This document shows positions 18,627-27,736 of a stretch of DNA of 64,000 nucleotides, piece after piece; position 1 is the first letter of the stretch; each line of letters opens with the position of its first letter. The DNA lies in contig QHBK01000017.1 of assembly GCA_003244105.1 (NCBI GenBank), positions 6,907 through 70,906 of the forward strand, in the 5' to 3' direction. The stretch comes from Candidatus Eremiobacter antarcticus. GTDB taxonomy: Bacteria > Vulcanimicrobiota > Vulcanimicrobiia > Eremiobacterales > Eremiobacteraceae. The position numbers and the translations under genes were made by a program. Under the pieces are notes generated by a model. The model made no database searches, was not told the origin of the DNA, and saw only the letters and a list, made by a program, of their open reading frames with translations.

Positions 18627-19802
18627 ATGAAACCAGTGCTACCGAAAGGATTTGAAACGGCCGCCGTGAGTCCTCTGCCTGTCGAAACATCCGCTCGCCC
18701 CGGCAGCAGCCCGAGGGCAGAGACCGATTGCCTTGTCGCCATGAGCGGAGGCGTCGACAGCGCGGTAGCGTGCGCCTTGGCCACTCAAGCCGGCTTGGAC
18801 GGCGTCGGCATCACGATGCGGCTGTGGAGCGCCGGGTCGGGGAGCTTGAGCGAGAAAGCCAGACAGTGCTGCGGCCCAAGCGCTTTTGAAGATGCGCGCC
18901 GCGCGGCAGCCACGATCGGAATTCCTCACTATACGGTCAACTTCGAAGCGGCCTTTCATGAGGCCGTGGTCGAGTACTTCTGCGCGGAATATCTAGCGGG
19001 CCGCACGCCCAACCCGTGCGTCGCGTGCAACAACTTGGTGAAGTTCGGCGTCCTGCTCGAGTTCGCCCGAGCGCTGGGGTGCCGCACCCTCGTCACCGGC
19101 CACTACGCACGCGTCTTCACGGACGAAAGCGGGCCTCATCTGCTGCGTGCGGTCGACCGCGGCAAAGATCAGTCGTACATGCTGGCCGGGCTCACGCAAG
19201 CTCAGCTCGCCGGCATGGTGCTGCCGCTGGGCGACCTGAGGAAGGAGGATACTCGGGCGCTCGCCCGCGAGTGCGGCTTGGATATCGCGGAAAAGCCGGA
19301 CTCCATGGATCTCTGTTTCGTGGATGGCGATTACCGCTCGTTCATCCTCGAGCGCCATCCCGACGGCGCTTCCGCGGGCCCGGTGATCACAACACAGGGG
19401 CACGAAGTCGGGCAACACGACGGTCTGCTCGGCTATACCGTGGGCCAGCGCAGAGGTCTGCCGGAAACGCTAGCGGATGGCCCGTGGTACGTCGTGAGAA
19501 CCGACCGCGCGAGAAATACAGTCGTTATCGGCCGGCGCGACGAGCTGGCGCGAAACACCGCGCATTGCAGCAACGTGAACGTCATCCGCCCTGAGCAGTT
19601 CCTGAAGGGCGCAAGTTCGGGTCTTGCGATGTGCCGCTACCGGAGCAAACCGCAGCCGGCGGTCGCCAGGCTCAAAGGCACCGGCTCGATGGACGTCGAG
19701 TTCGCGCAACCCGTGCCCGTGGTAAGCCCCGGGCAACTGCTCGTTCTGTACGGGCCCGACGGCGAAGAGGTCGTGGCCTCCGGCATCATCGAGGGCGGTT
19801 GA
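18627..19802 (+). CDS. mnmA: tRNA-specific 2-thiouridylase MnmA
   Basis: PP-loop AMSGGVDSAV, catalytic cysteines (NPCVACN), GHYAR and GKDQSYML motifs. Start at ATG 18627 (MKPVLPKG), divergent from rodZ. Confidence 0.9.
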   Translation: MKPVLPKGFETAAVSPLPVETSARPGSSPRAETDCLVAMSGGVDSAVACALATQAGLDGVGITMRLWSAGSGSLSEKARQCCGPSAFEDARRAAATIGIPHYTVNFEAAFHEAVVEYFCAEYLAGRTPNPCVACNNLVKFGVLLEFARALGCRTLVTGHYARVFTDESGPHLLRAVDRGKDQSYMLAGLTQAQLAGMVLPLGDLRKEDTRALARECGLDIAEKPDSMDLCFVDGDYRSFILERHPDGASAGPVITTQGHEVGQHDGLLGYTVGQRRGLPETLADGPWYVVRTDRARNTVVIGRRDELARNTAHCSNVNVIRPEQFLKGASSGLAMCRYRSKPQPAVARLKGTGSMDVEFAQPVPVVSPGQLLVLYGPDGEEVVASGIIEGG

Positions 19803-19816
19803 GCGATGCGAAAACA

Positions 19817-20947
19817 ATGCGGGTGAAGGCGCTCGGGCGCAGTGTCCTCTTGACTGCGGTCATCGCGGTGGGCCTCATCTGCGCAGCGGGATTCAACTCG
19901 AAAACTTCTGCGGCTGCTGCACAGACCGGCGTCAAAACGATTCTCCCCTTCGACGGCAACACCGGATGGCTAAACTCCCAGCCGCTCGATCCGCAGGCAC
20001 TCAAAGGGAAGATCGTGTTGCTGGACTTTTGGGAGTACACATGCATCAACTGCCTCAAGGCGCTGCCCTACGAACGTGCGTGGTACGAGCGCTACAAGCC
20101 GTACGGTTTCACGATCGTCGGAATCCACACGCCGGAGTTCGCCTTCTCAGGCGACAGCGCGAACGTGGCTGCTGCGCTCAAGCGCTTGGACATCGCGTGG
20201 CCGGTCGTGCTCGACAGCAACAGCGCGATCTGGCGCCGTTATGAAAACCAGTTCTGGCCCCACGAGTTTTTGATCGATCCGCAAGGCCGCGTCGTGGCAG
20301 ACCATGCGGGCGAGGGTGACTATCCCGAAACCGAGCGGCGCATCCAGTCGCTCATCCGCAAGCTTCATCCCGCTGCGAACTTGCCGGTGCCAATGGCGCT
20401 GCTGCCTGCCGACAACTACACGAAGCCGGGCGCCGTCTGTTACCCGCAGACAAACGAAGTGTACGTCGGCATGTGGCGGGGCGCGCAAGCCGCCTTGGGC
20501 AACCGCGAAGGCTATCGCGCCGGGCAAGTCGTCCGCTACAAGGACCCCACCGGCCACCACCTCGACGGATTCGTCTACCTGCAAGGGGCTTGGTTCAGCG
20601 CAGAGCAAGCCATGGTACATGCCGAAACACAAACGCAAGCCAAAGACTACCTCGACCTTCGCTATCATGCAATCCAAGTGGTCTCCGTCCTGAAACCGGA
20701 AGCCGGCAAGCCGATTACTGTGTATGTGGATCAAGATGGAAAGCCGCTACTCAAAGCGGACGCCGGGGCCGACGTGAGGTTTGACGCGGCCGGTCGAGCG
20801 TTTCTCATGGTGGATGCGCCGCGCGAGTATGATGTCGTCATGAACAAGCACTTCGGGCATCACGAACTGGTCCTGCGGCCGGTCGAGTATGGATTGGGCG
20901 TTTACAGCTTCGCCTTTGAGTCGTGTGAAGTCGGCTCCGATCGCTAG
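19817..20947 (+). CDS. membrane-anchored thioredoxin-like thiol:disulfide oxidoreductase (TlpA/ResA-like) with an extra C-terminal domain resembling the DipZ C-terminal region
   Basis: N-terminal signal/anchor MRVKALGRSVLLTAVIAVGLIC, thioredoxin fold with CINC (LLDFWEYTCINCLKALPYE...GIHTPEF), and a ~190-aa C-terminal beta-rich domain. Confidence 0.75.
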   Translation: MRVKALGRSVLLTAVIAVGLICAAGFNSKTSAAAAQTGVKTILPFDGNTGWLNSQPLDPQALKGKIVLLDFWEYTCINCLKALPYERAWYERYKPYGFTIVGIHTPEFAFSGDSANVAAALKRLDIAWPVVLDSNSAIWRRYENQFWPHEFLIDPQGRVVADHAGEGDYPETERRIQSLIRKLHPAANLPVPMALLPADNYTKPGAVCYPQTNEVYVGMWRGAQAALGNREGYRAGQVVRYKDPTGHHLDGFVYLQGAWFSAEQAMVHAETQTQAKDYLDLRYHAIQVVSVLKPEAGKPITVYVDQDGKPLLKADAGADVRFDAAGRAFLMVDAPREYDVVMNKHFGHHELVLRPVEYGLGVYSFAFESCEVGSDR

Positions 20948-20948
20948 C

Positions 20949-21599
20949 GTGCGCACGACCGGCGTGCCGGGCCCCCACGCGCGCGCGGTCATCGCCTGTG
21001 CCGTGGCCCTTTTGTTCGCCTTAGCGCTCGCAGCGTGCGGCCCCAAACACGAGCAGCACCGCGGCTACCAAGCGGCGGTCGTTCCGGGCGTCACGCGGCA
21101 AAAAGTCGAGGCGGTGCTCGGCAAGCCCCAGCAGGCCGGTCCCTTTTCCCTGCCCACTCTCAGCGCAGACGTGATGACGTATCCATTCGGCCAAGTGCTG
21201 CTGCAGCACGATCGCGTCGTAGCCGTCTCCATCAACAACGATCCCGATTACCGCGGACCGGCGGGCGCCAGCGTCGGGATGTCGGAAGATCAGCTCAAAG
21301 CTGCGTTCGCGGCGCACCGGGGCAAACGCAGCGGCCACCGTGATTCGTACGTCGCCATCGAGAAGACGAACGAGACTCCGACGCGCGACATCTATGATAT
21401 GACGGACCATGTGATGATCGAGCTCGCCGCCGCGAATGCGAACGATCCACTGGCGCCGTTCAGCGTCTCCCAGATAACGATCGCCAACAGCGCCGGCATA
21501 AGGTTGCTCAACGCTTTCACGAAAGCTCGCGTCAACGGCCTGTATCCGGACGTTCGCGTCAATAACTTTGTCTCCGAGCCGTGGCCGAGCGCTCGCTGA
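20949..21599 (+). CDS. hypothetical lipoprotein
   Basis: GTG start immediately after the upstream stop. Signal peptide with lipobox ALALAAC|G. Coding-like GC3 throughout. Confidence 0.6.
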   Translation: MRTTGVPGPHARAVIACAVALLFALALAACGPKHEQHRGYQAAVVPGVTRQKVEAVLGKPQQAGPFSLPTLSADVMTYPFGQVLLQHDRVVAVSINNDPDYRGPAGASVGMSEDQLKAAFAAHRGKRSGHRDSYVAIEKTNETPTRDIYDMTDHVMIELAAANANDPLAPFSVSQITIANSAGIRLLNAFTKARVNGLYPDVRVNNFVSEPWPSAR

Positions 21600-21600
21600 C

Positions 21601-22197
21601 ATGCAAAGCGAGGGTGGATCCGTGGACGATCGAGTGCCGGTGAAGGACGAAGAATTCGGGGTTTTGATGCCGCCCAACGCGCGCATCGGCACCATGACGT
21701 TCGATGACACATCCCGCCAACTGCACGTGCAGCTGGCCGACGGCGGCGAAGAACGCATCGTGCAAGCGAACGACGTGCGCGCCTTGCACGGAGCCCGCAT
21801 CCGGCATGTCTCCGTCACCGCCATGCCGCCGAAGGTCAAAGCGCCGCTCAACTCGGCCGCTGTGTTGGTCGCGACGGGGCTGCCGCTCTCAATGCCGTCG
21901 CCCAGGCGGGGCGACACGTCGATTCAAAAGGAAGAAGCGTACTATGCGCTGGCTTTGCGTCTCGACCGGTTGCCGGAGCTTTGGTATCTGGTCGCGACCT
22001 CGTTCAACTTTCGAAAAGCGCTCGGGCGCCATGCGACCTACTCGACGGAATTAAACCTGCGCGAGTTCGTGAAGCGCCTCTGCGCGTTCGCGCCGGATGC
22101 CGTGCGCGACGGGTTTTTCACCGCGACGCTTGCGGGCTCGCCGCTGCCGCCGCCGGTCGAGAGTCTTCTTGAGTTCTTCCGGATCGTCTCCCGCTGA
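21601..22197 (+). CDS. hypothetical protein (198 aa), translationally coupled to the lipoprotein gene
   Basis: ATG is 1 nt after the upstream TGA. Strong GC3 bias; no recognisable family. Confidence 0.55.
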   Translation: MQSEGGSVDDRVPVKDEEFGVLMPPNARIGTMTFDDTSRQLHVQLADGGEERIVQANDVRALHGARIRHVSVTAMPPKVKAPLNSAAVLVATGLPLSMPSPRRGDTSIQKEEAYYALALRLDRLPELWYLVATSFNFRKALGRHATYSTELNLREFVKRLCAFAPDAVRDGFFTATLAGSPLPPPVESLLEFFRIVSR

Positions 22198-22214
22198 AGT
22201 TGTAGTCCGCGCTT

Positions 22215-23315
22215 TTAGGCGGTCGTGGCCAATGGGTACTCGCGCCGGTTGAAATAGGTGTCGCGGATCACCGGTAGATATCCGGCTCGGCGGATGGCGC
22301 CTTCCAGATCTTTGCGCGTGGCATGGTTGGTGCTGCCGGCAAGCGTGACCACTTTCTCTTCCAGTATCGTGCCGCCCATGTCATCTGCGCCAAAGACGAG
22401 CGCAAGCTCGCCGAGCTTGAGTCCGGGCGTGAGCCACGAGGCTTGGATGTGCGCGAAGTTATCGAGATACAACCTGCTCATCGCGATGACGCGCAAATAG
22501 TCGATGCCGGTGGCTTCCCGGCCGCGAAGCGGCGTCTTGTGCGGCACGTAATACCATGGGATGAACGCCGTGAAGCCGCGCGTTTCGTCTTGCAGCTCGC
22601 GCAGCACATCCAGGTGGGTGATGCGCTCCTCGTCGGTCTCGATGGAGCCGAACATCATGGTTGCAGTCGTCGGCATGCCGAGCCGCTGAGCGACCCGCAT
22701 GACCTCGAGCCAGCGGTCGTCGTCGATCTTGCGCGCCGAGATGCGCTTGCGCACCCGCTCGACCAAAATCTCGGCTCCCGCACCCGGCAACGATTTCAAC
22801 CCGGCCGAACGCAACCGTTGCAAGACGTCGTCCACTCCCAGGTTTTCGCGCTTGGCGATGCCGCAGATCTCGCTCGTGGACAACGAGTGGATGTCGACGC
22901 CGGGAAAACGCCGAGAGATCTTTTCGAAGAGCTCGAGGTAGTAGCCGATCGCCAGATCTGGGTTGACGCCGCCCTGCACCATGATCTGGGTCGCGCCTTG
23001 GGCCGCGGCCCACTCGACGCGTGAGAGCACCTCATCGTGACTCATGGTGTAGCCTTCGGGGTGGCCCTCGGGGCGGAAGAAGGCGCAGAAGCTGCAGTGG
23101 ACGTTGCAGATGTTCGTGTAGTTGATGGTGGTGTCGATGACATAGGAGACTTCGCGGCTGGGGTGCAGCTGCGTGCGGCGCCGGTGCGCGGCTGCGCCCA
23201 AATCGTGCAGCGATGCCTCGCGGTACAGGCGCAGCCCATCAGCGTGATTCAGACGGCCGCCCTCCGCCGCCCGCTCAAGAAGCGCCGTAAGGTGGTCGGT
23301 CCGCCTTTGCATCAT
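22215..23315 (-). CDS. radical SAM menaquinone-biosynthesis enzyme of the MqnC/MqnE family (futalosine pathway)
   Basis: CNVHCSFCAF radical-SAM cluster motif and full-length colinearity with the MqnC/MqnE/CofH TIM-barrel family. It is a paralog of the gene at 24211-25359; the MqnC versus MqnE assignment is not resolvable by eye. Confidence 0.8.
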   Translation of the reverse strand: MMQRRTDHLTALLERAAEGGRLNHADGLRLYREASLHDLGAAAHRRRTQLHPSREVSYVIDTTINYTNICNVHCSFCAFFRPEGHPEGYTMSHDEVLSRVEWAAAQGATQIMVQGGVNPDLAIGYYLELFEKISRRFPGVDIHSLSTSEICGIAKRENLGVDDVLQRLRSAGLKSLPGAGAEILVERVRKRISARKIDDDRWLEVMRVAQRLGMPTTATMMFGSIETDEERITHLDVLRELQDETRGFTAFIPWYYVPHKTPLRGREATGIDYLRVIAMSRLYLDNFAHIQASWLTPGLKLGELALVFGADDMGGTILEEKVVTLAGSTNHATRKDLEGAIRRAGYLPVIRDTYFNRREYPLATTA

Positions 23316-24214
23316 CGCGCGCGCCCCGCCAGGGGTTCGTTGGCGCTGCGCGCCCCTGCACCGGTGCGCGTTCTTACGCGCCTCAGAAACTCAAGGGCGG
23401 GTGCTTCGCTCAAGAGTCCGGCCTTTTTCGCCACGTCGAAAAACAGCATGAGATCCTTTTGTGCCGCTTCGTCGAAGTCGAACGTCAGACAATCATAGTA
23501 GTCTTCGTAGAACCCGGCCGGCCGTTGCCGCATGCGCTGCGCGCTGACGATGACCTCGTCGATGTGCTGCAGGCCCCAATCCTTAGAGCGGCCCAATTCG
23601 GCCGCGAAACCTGCCAGCGTCTCCTCATTTTCGGCCGCATAAGCCCTGCGGGCGGCCCAGACGGCGTAGACCATGCCGGCGCCTGTGAAAGCGTGCCAGA
23701 GAGCGCCGAGATCGTACACATGCTCCGGGCGCGCGCGGTCGGCGGCGTCGATGGCCCTGTCGCCTATGAGCAGGCAAGGACTTCCGTCGCGTGCGTAGGC
23801 GGAGAACGGGTCGTCCTCGGTTTGCAGCACCGGCTGAAAGCCATACCACGTGCGGCAGATCACGCCGAACAGCATTCGTCCGGTCTCCGACTCCATCGTC
23901 ACGGCGATGGGGCGACTCGCCAATCGGTCCGGCGGCACCGCGGAGATGCACGCAATGCTTCTCACATCGCGCTTGGACGCGATGCAGACGTCCGGGAGCA
24001 GGACGAAATCGTCCGGGTGCTGTGCGTAGAACGCCGATGAGATGGGGCTGATGTCGAGACGACCTTCGAGCAGCGCTCGGTTCAAGCCTGAAGGCACATC
24101 CGCGGTGATGCGGTGCGGAAAGCGGGCGATACCCTCATCGAAGCCCGCATACACCGGAAGATCGTTCGTGTAGGCGATGCGCCCGCAGCGCGGCTGCTCC
24201 CGCAACGCCGTCAC
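23312..24214 (-). CDS. mqnA: MqnA/MqnD-fold menaquinone-biosynthesis protein (futalosine pathway), most like chorismate dehydratase MqnA
   Basis: GRIAYTNDLPVYAGFDEG...VPSGLNRALLEGRLDISPISSAFY...LLPDVCIASKRDV motifs. The true start is GTG 24214, overlapping the upstream stop as GTGA. The 565-aa track ORF is an artefactual upstream extension through the neighbouring gene. Confidence 0.75.
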   Translation of the reverse strand: MTALREQPRCGRIAYTNDLPVYAGFDEGIARFPHRITADVPSGLNRALLEGRLDISPISSAFYAQHPDDFVLLPDVCIASKRDVRSIACISAVPPDRLASRPIAVTMESETGRMLFGVICRTWYGFQPVLQTEDDPFSAYARDGSPCLLIGDRAIDAADRARPEHVYDLGALWHAFTGAGMVYAVWAARRAYAAENEETLAGFAAELGRSKDWGLQHIDEVIVSAQRMRQRPAGFYEDYYDCLTFDFDEAAQKDLMLFFDVAKKAGLLSEAPALEFLRRVRTRTGAGARSANEPLAGRAR

Positions 24215-25359
24215 GCGGGCTCCAACACTCGATACAACAGGTTCCTCCGGGTAGGCTCGAAACCGGCCTCGCTGATCGCTCGCTTCAACTCGGCGATGGG
24301 CGTGCTTTGATCGGTCGTGCTGCCGGCATCGCGATAGATGTGCTGTTCGTTGTTGACGGTGCCGTCGATGTCGTCTGCGCCGAAGTGCAATCCCAGCTGC
24401 GCGACCTTGATGCCGTAGGAAATCCAGTACGCCTTGATGTGATCGATGTTGTCGAGCATCAGCCGGGACACCGCGATCGTGCGGAGATCGTCGATGCCGC
24501 CCGTCCAGCCGCACTCCTCCAATGCGTTGCCCTCTGGGTGGAACGCCAGTGGAACGAAGCATTTGAAGCCGCCGGTGTTTGCCTGAAGATCGCGCAGCAG
24601 CAGCAGGTGTTGAACGCGCTCTTCGATGGTCTCCACGTGCCCGTACAGCATCGTGCAGTTCGTCTTGATGCCGACGCGGTGCGCGACGCGATGGACCTCG
24701 AGCCATTCTTCGACATTCGCCTTGCGCGGGCAGATGAGGTCGCGCACGCGCTTCACCAGGATCTCCGCGCCTCCCCCATTCAACGAGGTCAGGCCCGCGT
24801 CGCGCAGCCGCTCGAGCCCGTCTTGATAGGAACAGCGCGCGCGTTTGCACATATAGTCGATTTCGGCTGCGGTGAACAAAGCGAGCTGCACGTGGGGGAT
24901 GCGCCGCTTCATTTCGGCGATCGCCGGAATCCAAAAATCGAGGCTGGTCTGCTTGGGGTCGTGCCCGCCCACGATGTGCAGCTCGTCGTAGTCGTCGGGC
25001 TGTGCGCACGCTTTGTCCAAGATCTCTTCCAGCGGCATGCGGTAGGCGCGCGGATCCTTTTCGTACGCTGCGAACGAGCAGAACTTGCAGTCGGCGTAAC
25101 AGACGTTCGTCGTGTTCAGATAGCGCTTGACGACGTAATAGGCTTTCTTGCCGTTTTTGGCGGTGCGCACTTCGTGGGCCAGCCGCCCGAGTGCGTGAAA
25201 CGGCGCTTCCTTATAGAGATAGACGCCGTCGGCGCGACTGAGCGCGATGCCGGCGCGCACTTTGGAAGCGATGGTTTCCATATGGGTGCGCTCGGGCGCC
25301 ATGACAGATGAGTTTCGGCGCGTGCCCCAAACCGCCTGTGACGGCATCCGCACGCTCAT
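24211..25359 (-). CDS. radical SAM menaquinone-biosynthesis enzyme of the MqnC/MqnE family (second paralog; possibly aminofutalosine synthase)
   Basis: CYADCKFCSF radical-SAM motif and the same fold as 22215-23315. It is the first gene of a tightly overlapping three-gene operon. Confidence 0.8.
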   Translation of the reverse strand: MSVRMPSQAVWGTRRNSSVMAPERTHMETIASKVRAGIALSRADGVYLYKEAPFHALGRLAHEVRTAKNGKKAYYVVKRYLNTTNVCYADCKFCSFAAYEKDPRAYRMPLEEILDKACAQPDDYDELHIVGGHDPKQTSLDFWIPAIAEMKRRIPHVQLALFTAAEIDYMCKRARCSYQDGLERLRDAGLTSLNGGGAEILVKRVRDLICPRKANVEEWLEVHRVAHRVGIKTNCTMLYGHVETIEERVQHLLLLRDLQANTGGFKCFVPLAFHPEGNALEECGWTGGIDDLRTIAVSRLMLDNIDHIKAYWISYGIKVAQLGLHFGADDIDGTVNNEQHIYRDAGSTTDQSTPIAELKRAISEAGFEPTRRNLLYRVLEPA

Positions 25360-25403
25360 CGAGGCAGGCTACCTTTCTCGCAGCGTTTCGCTGCCGCCGA
25401 ACG

Positions 25404-27662
25404 CTACAAAAGCGGCTGCTGTGTGCGGCGCGGATTCAGTGTGAGCGCAAGCTGAGAGACGTCTGCGTCGCCCACCAAAATCTTGCGCGGTTTGGTGCCC
25501 TCGGCGGGGCCGACGACGCGAAAGTCTTCGAGCAGTTTCATCAGCCGCACAGCGCGCGGATGCCCCACTTTCAACTCCGCTTGCAGCAGCGCGACGGACG
25601 CCATCTGGCGCTCGATGATGATCTTAGCCGCGTCGAACGCCAACTCGTCCGACGGTCCGCGTCCGTCTTCTTCGATCTCGCTCGGCTCGATGTCGATGCG
25701 GTTGTCGGGATCGTCCTGCATGCGCCAGAATTCGCACAGACGCTCGATCTCGGGACCGGTGACGAGCGCGCCCTGCACGCGCACCGGTTTGGGCGCGTCG
25801 ATCGGCAGATACAGCATGTCGCCGCGGCCCAGCAGCCGCTCCGCGCCGGCCATGTCGATGATCGTTCGCGAGTCCACCTGCGACGAAACCGCAAAAGCGA
25901 TGCGCGATGGGATGTTGGCCTTGATCAGACCGGTGATGACGTCGACCGACGGCCGCTGCGTGGCGACGATGAGGTGGATGCCGGTCGCGCGGCCGATCTG
26001 GGCCAGGCGGCAGATGCTGGTCTCCACACGTGTGGGCGCCACCAGCATGAGGTCGGCGAGCTCGTCGATCACGACGACGATGAACGGGAGCGGCTCATCG
26101 GAATAGGCTTGGTTGTATTCTTCGATCTTGCGCACGCCCGCCAGCGCGAAACGTTCGTAGCGCGCGTCCATCTCCTTGGTCAGCTCGAGCAACGCGCCGG
26201 CAGCAAGTTTTGGATCCGTGATGCAGTCGCTGATGAGGTGAGGGATACCGTTGTATGACGTCAGCTCCACGCGCTTCGGATCGATGAGCAGCAGCTGGAC
26301 TTGGTCCGGCGTGCACGTCGAGAGAAAGGACGCAAGCATGACGTTCAGACAAACGCTTTTGCCCGCGCCGGTCGCGCCTGCGACCAGCAGATGCGGCATG
26401 CGCGATAGGTCGCCGATGATGGGCCGCCCCGTGATGTCCTTTCCCAGCCCGAAGTAGAGTTGGCCCTCGCCGTGAGGCAAGTAATCGAGGATTTCGCGGA
26501 TGGCAACCACTGAGACCGCGCTGTTGGGAACCTCGATGCCGACCGCAGCCTTTCCGGGAATGGGCGCTTCAATGCGGACGCTTTGCGCAGCGAGCGCGAG
26601 CTGGATGTTGTCGGCCAGGCTCTTGATGGCGCTGACCTTCACGCCTTTGCCCGGCGTCATCTCGTAGCGCGTGATGCTCGGACCGCGCTCGATGTGCGTC
26701 ACCTTGGCGCTGACGCCGAACGAGTCCAGTGTTTCCTCGAGCAGCAGCGCCGCGCTCGTCTCGTTGTGCACGCGCTTTTCAGGCGGATTGAAGAGCGCGT
26801 AGTCGGGCAACCGGTAGGCGGGCCGGCCTGAACTCTGACGGGCCTCGGCAGCGATTGGCGGTTGCGGAGTCCATGCCGGTTCGACCGCCGGCAACATCAC
26901 ATCACCGTTGTGAGCGGCCGGCGAAAACTGCCGTTCGGGGGACTCAGGAGCGACGTCGAGCGGCGGCAGCGGCTCCGCTTGGGGGACCGGTTGATCGGCG
27001 TGTAACGGTGCAGCTCGATCGATGGGCGCAGCCTGCATGTCTTGACGGCTTTGCGGCGGACCTGCGAGCAGCAGCGGGAAGCGCTTCGTTTCCGCGTTGC
27101 GAGCGCGCGCGTCGCGCATCACAGCAGCGGCTGAACTGGATGCTCGCGCCGCGCGCACCGCCGCGGCGGCGAACAGTGTTTTGAGCGAAAGGCCCGTTGG
27201 CGTGACGATGAAGCCCAAAGCCGCAGCTGCCAATACGATGCGAGCGCCGGCTCCTCCGAACAGCCACGCGATGCCGTGAGCCAGCGCATCGCCGACTTGC
27301 CCGCCATGGCGCGTCAAGCCGAACCATGCGTCCAGCACGAGGAACTCGAGGGCCGCACAGCCCGCGAAGATGGCGAGCTTGCGCATCGCGTGCAGCTCCA
27401 AAAACACGATCACCGAGATCGCGAGCAGCGCCGCTATGGCCAGCCAGGCAGCCTCGCCGAAACCACCGCGCAGCAGCTCAGCCGCAACCGGACCGAACGA
27501 ACCCGTGCCTTGGGGCAAGGCGAGAGCCAACCCCAACAAGGCAGCTAGGCACAGCAGCGCTATGCCGAGGACTTCAAGATTGACGGTGGGTCCCGGAAGC
27601 CGATCGACTCTGCGAGACCGCGCTCTTTTGCTGCTCATGCTTCGTTCTTCGCCTGCGCACAA
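25404..27662 (-). CDS. ftsK: DNA translocase FtsK/SpoIIIE
   Basis: N-terminal 4-TM domain, Pro/Ala-rich linker, motor domain with Walker A GATGAGKSV, and a C-terminal gamma winged-helix domain. Start either ATG 27662 or ATG 27638 (MSSKRARS). Confidence 0.93.
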   Translation of the reverse strand: MCAGEERSMSSKRARSRRVDRLPGPTVNLEVLGIALLCLAALLGLALALPQGTGSFGPVAAELLRGGFGEAAWLAIAALLAISVIVFLELHAMRKLAIFAGCAALEFLVLDAWFGLTRHGGQVGDALAHGIAWLFGGAGARIVLAAAALGFIVTPTGLSLKTLFAAAAVRAARASSSAAAVMRDARARNAETKRFPLLLAGPPQSRQDMQAAPIDRAAPLHADQPVPQAEPLPPLDVAPESPERQFSPAAHNGDVMLPAVEPAWTPQPPIAAEARQSSGRPAYRLPDYALFNPPEKRVHNETSAALLLEETLDSFGVSAKVTHIERGPSITRYEMTPGKGVKVSAIKSLADNIQLALAAQSVRIEAPIPGKAAVGIEVPNSAVSVVAIREILDYLPHGEGQLYFGLGKDITGRPIIGDLSRMPHLLVAGATGAGKSVCLNVMLASFLSTCTPDQVQLLLIDPKRVELTSYNGIPHLISDCITDPKLAAGALLELTKEMDARYERFALAGVRKIEEYNQAYSDEPLPFIVVVIDELADLMLVAPTRVETSICRLAQIGRATGIHLIVATQRPSVDVITGLIKANIPSRIAFAVSSQVDSRTIIDMAGAERLLGRGDMLYLPIDAPKPVRVQGALVTGPEIERLCEFWRMQDDPDNRIDIEPSEIEEDGRGPSDELAFDAAKIIIERQMASVALLQAELKVGHPRAVRLMKLLEDFRVVGPAEGTKPRKILVGDADVSQLALTLNPRRTQQPLL

Positions 27663-27736
27663 GCGTTCGATACGGTCGCAGATGCGGCCTACCCGGTCGC
27701 GATTGGAGCGCTATGACGGTCGAGCGCTGCGCCTCG

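Noticed and set aside
21021-21917. 298-aa minus-strand ORF overlapping the lipoprotein and hypothetical genes
   Set aside because: Cys/Arg/Ser-rich low-complexity translation, antisense to two ORFs with good codon bias and coupled starts.
24215-25009. Upstream 265 codons of the 565-aa track ORF (23312-25009)
   Set aside because: This region is occupied in another frame by a full-length MqnC/E paralog. The MqnA-like similarity begins exactly at the GTG that overlaps that gene's stop (GTGA).
25308-26258. 316-aa plus-strand ORF antisense to ftsK
   Set aside because: Shadow ORF inside the conserved FtsK motor domain.
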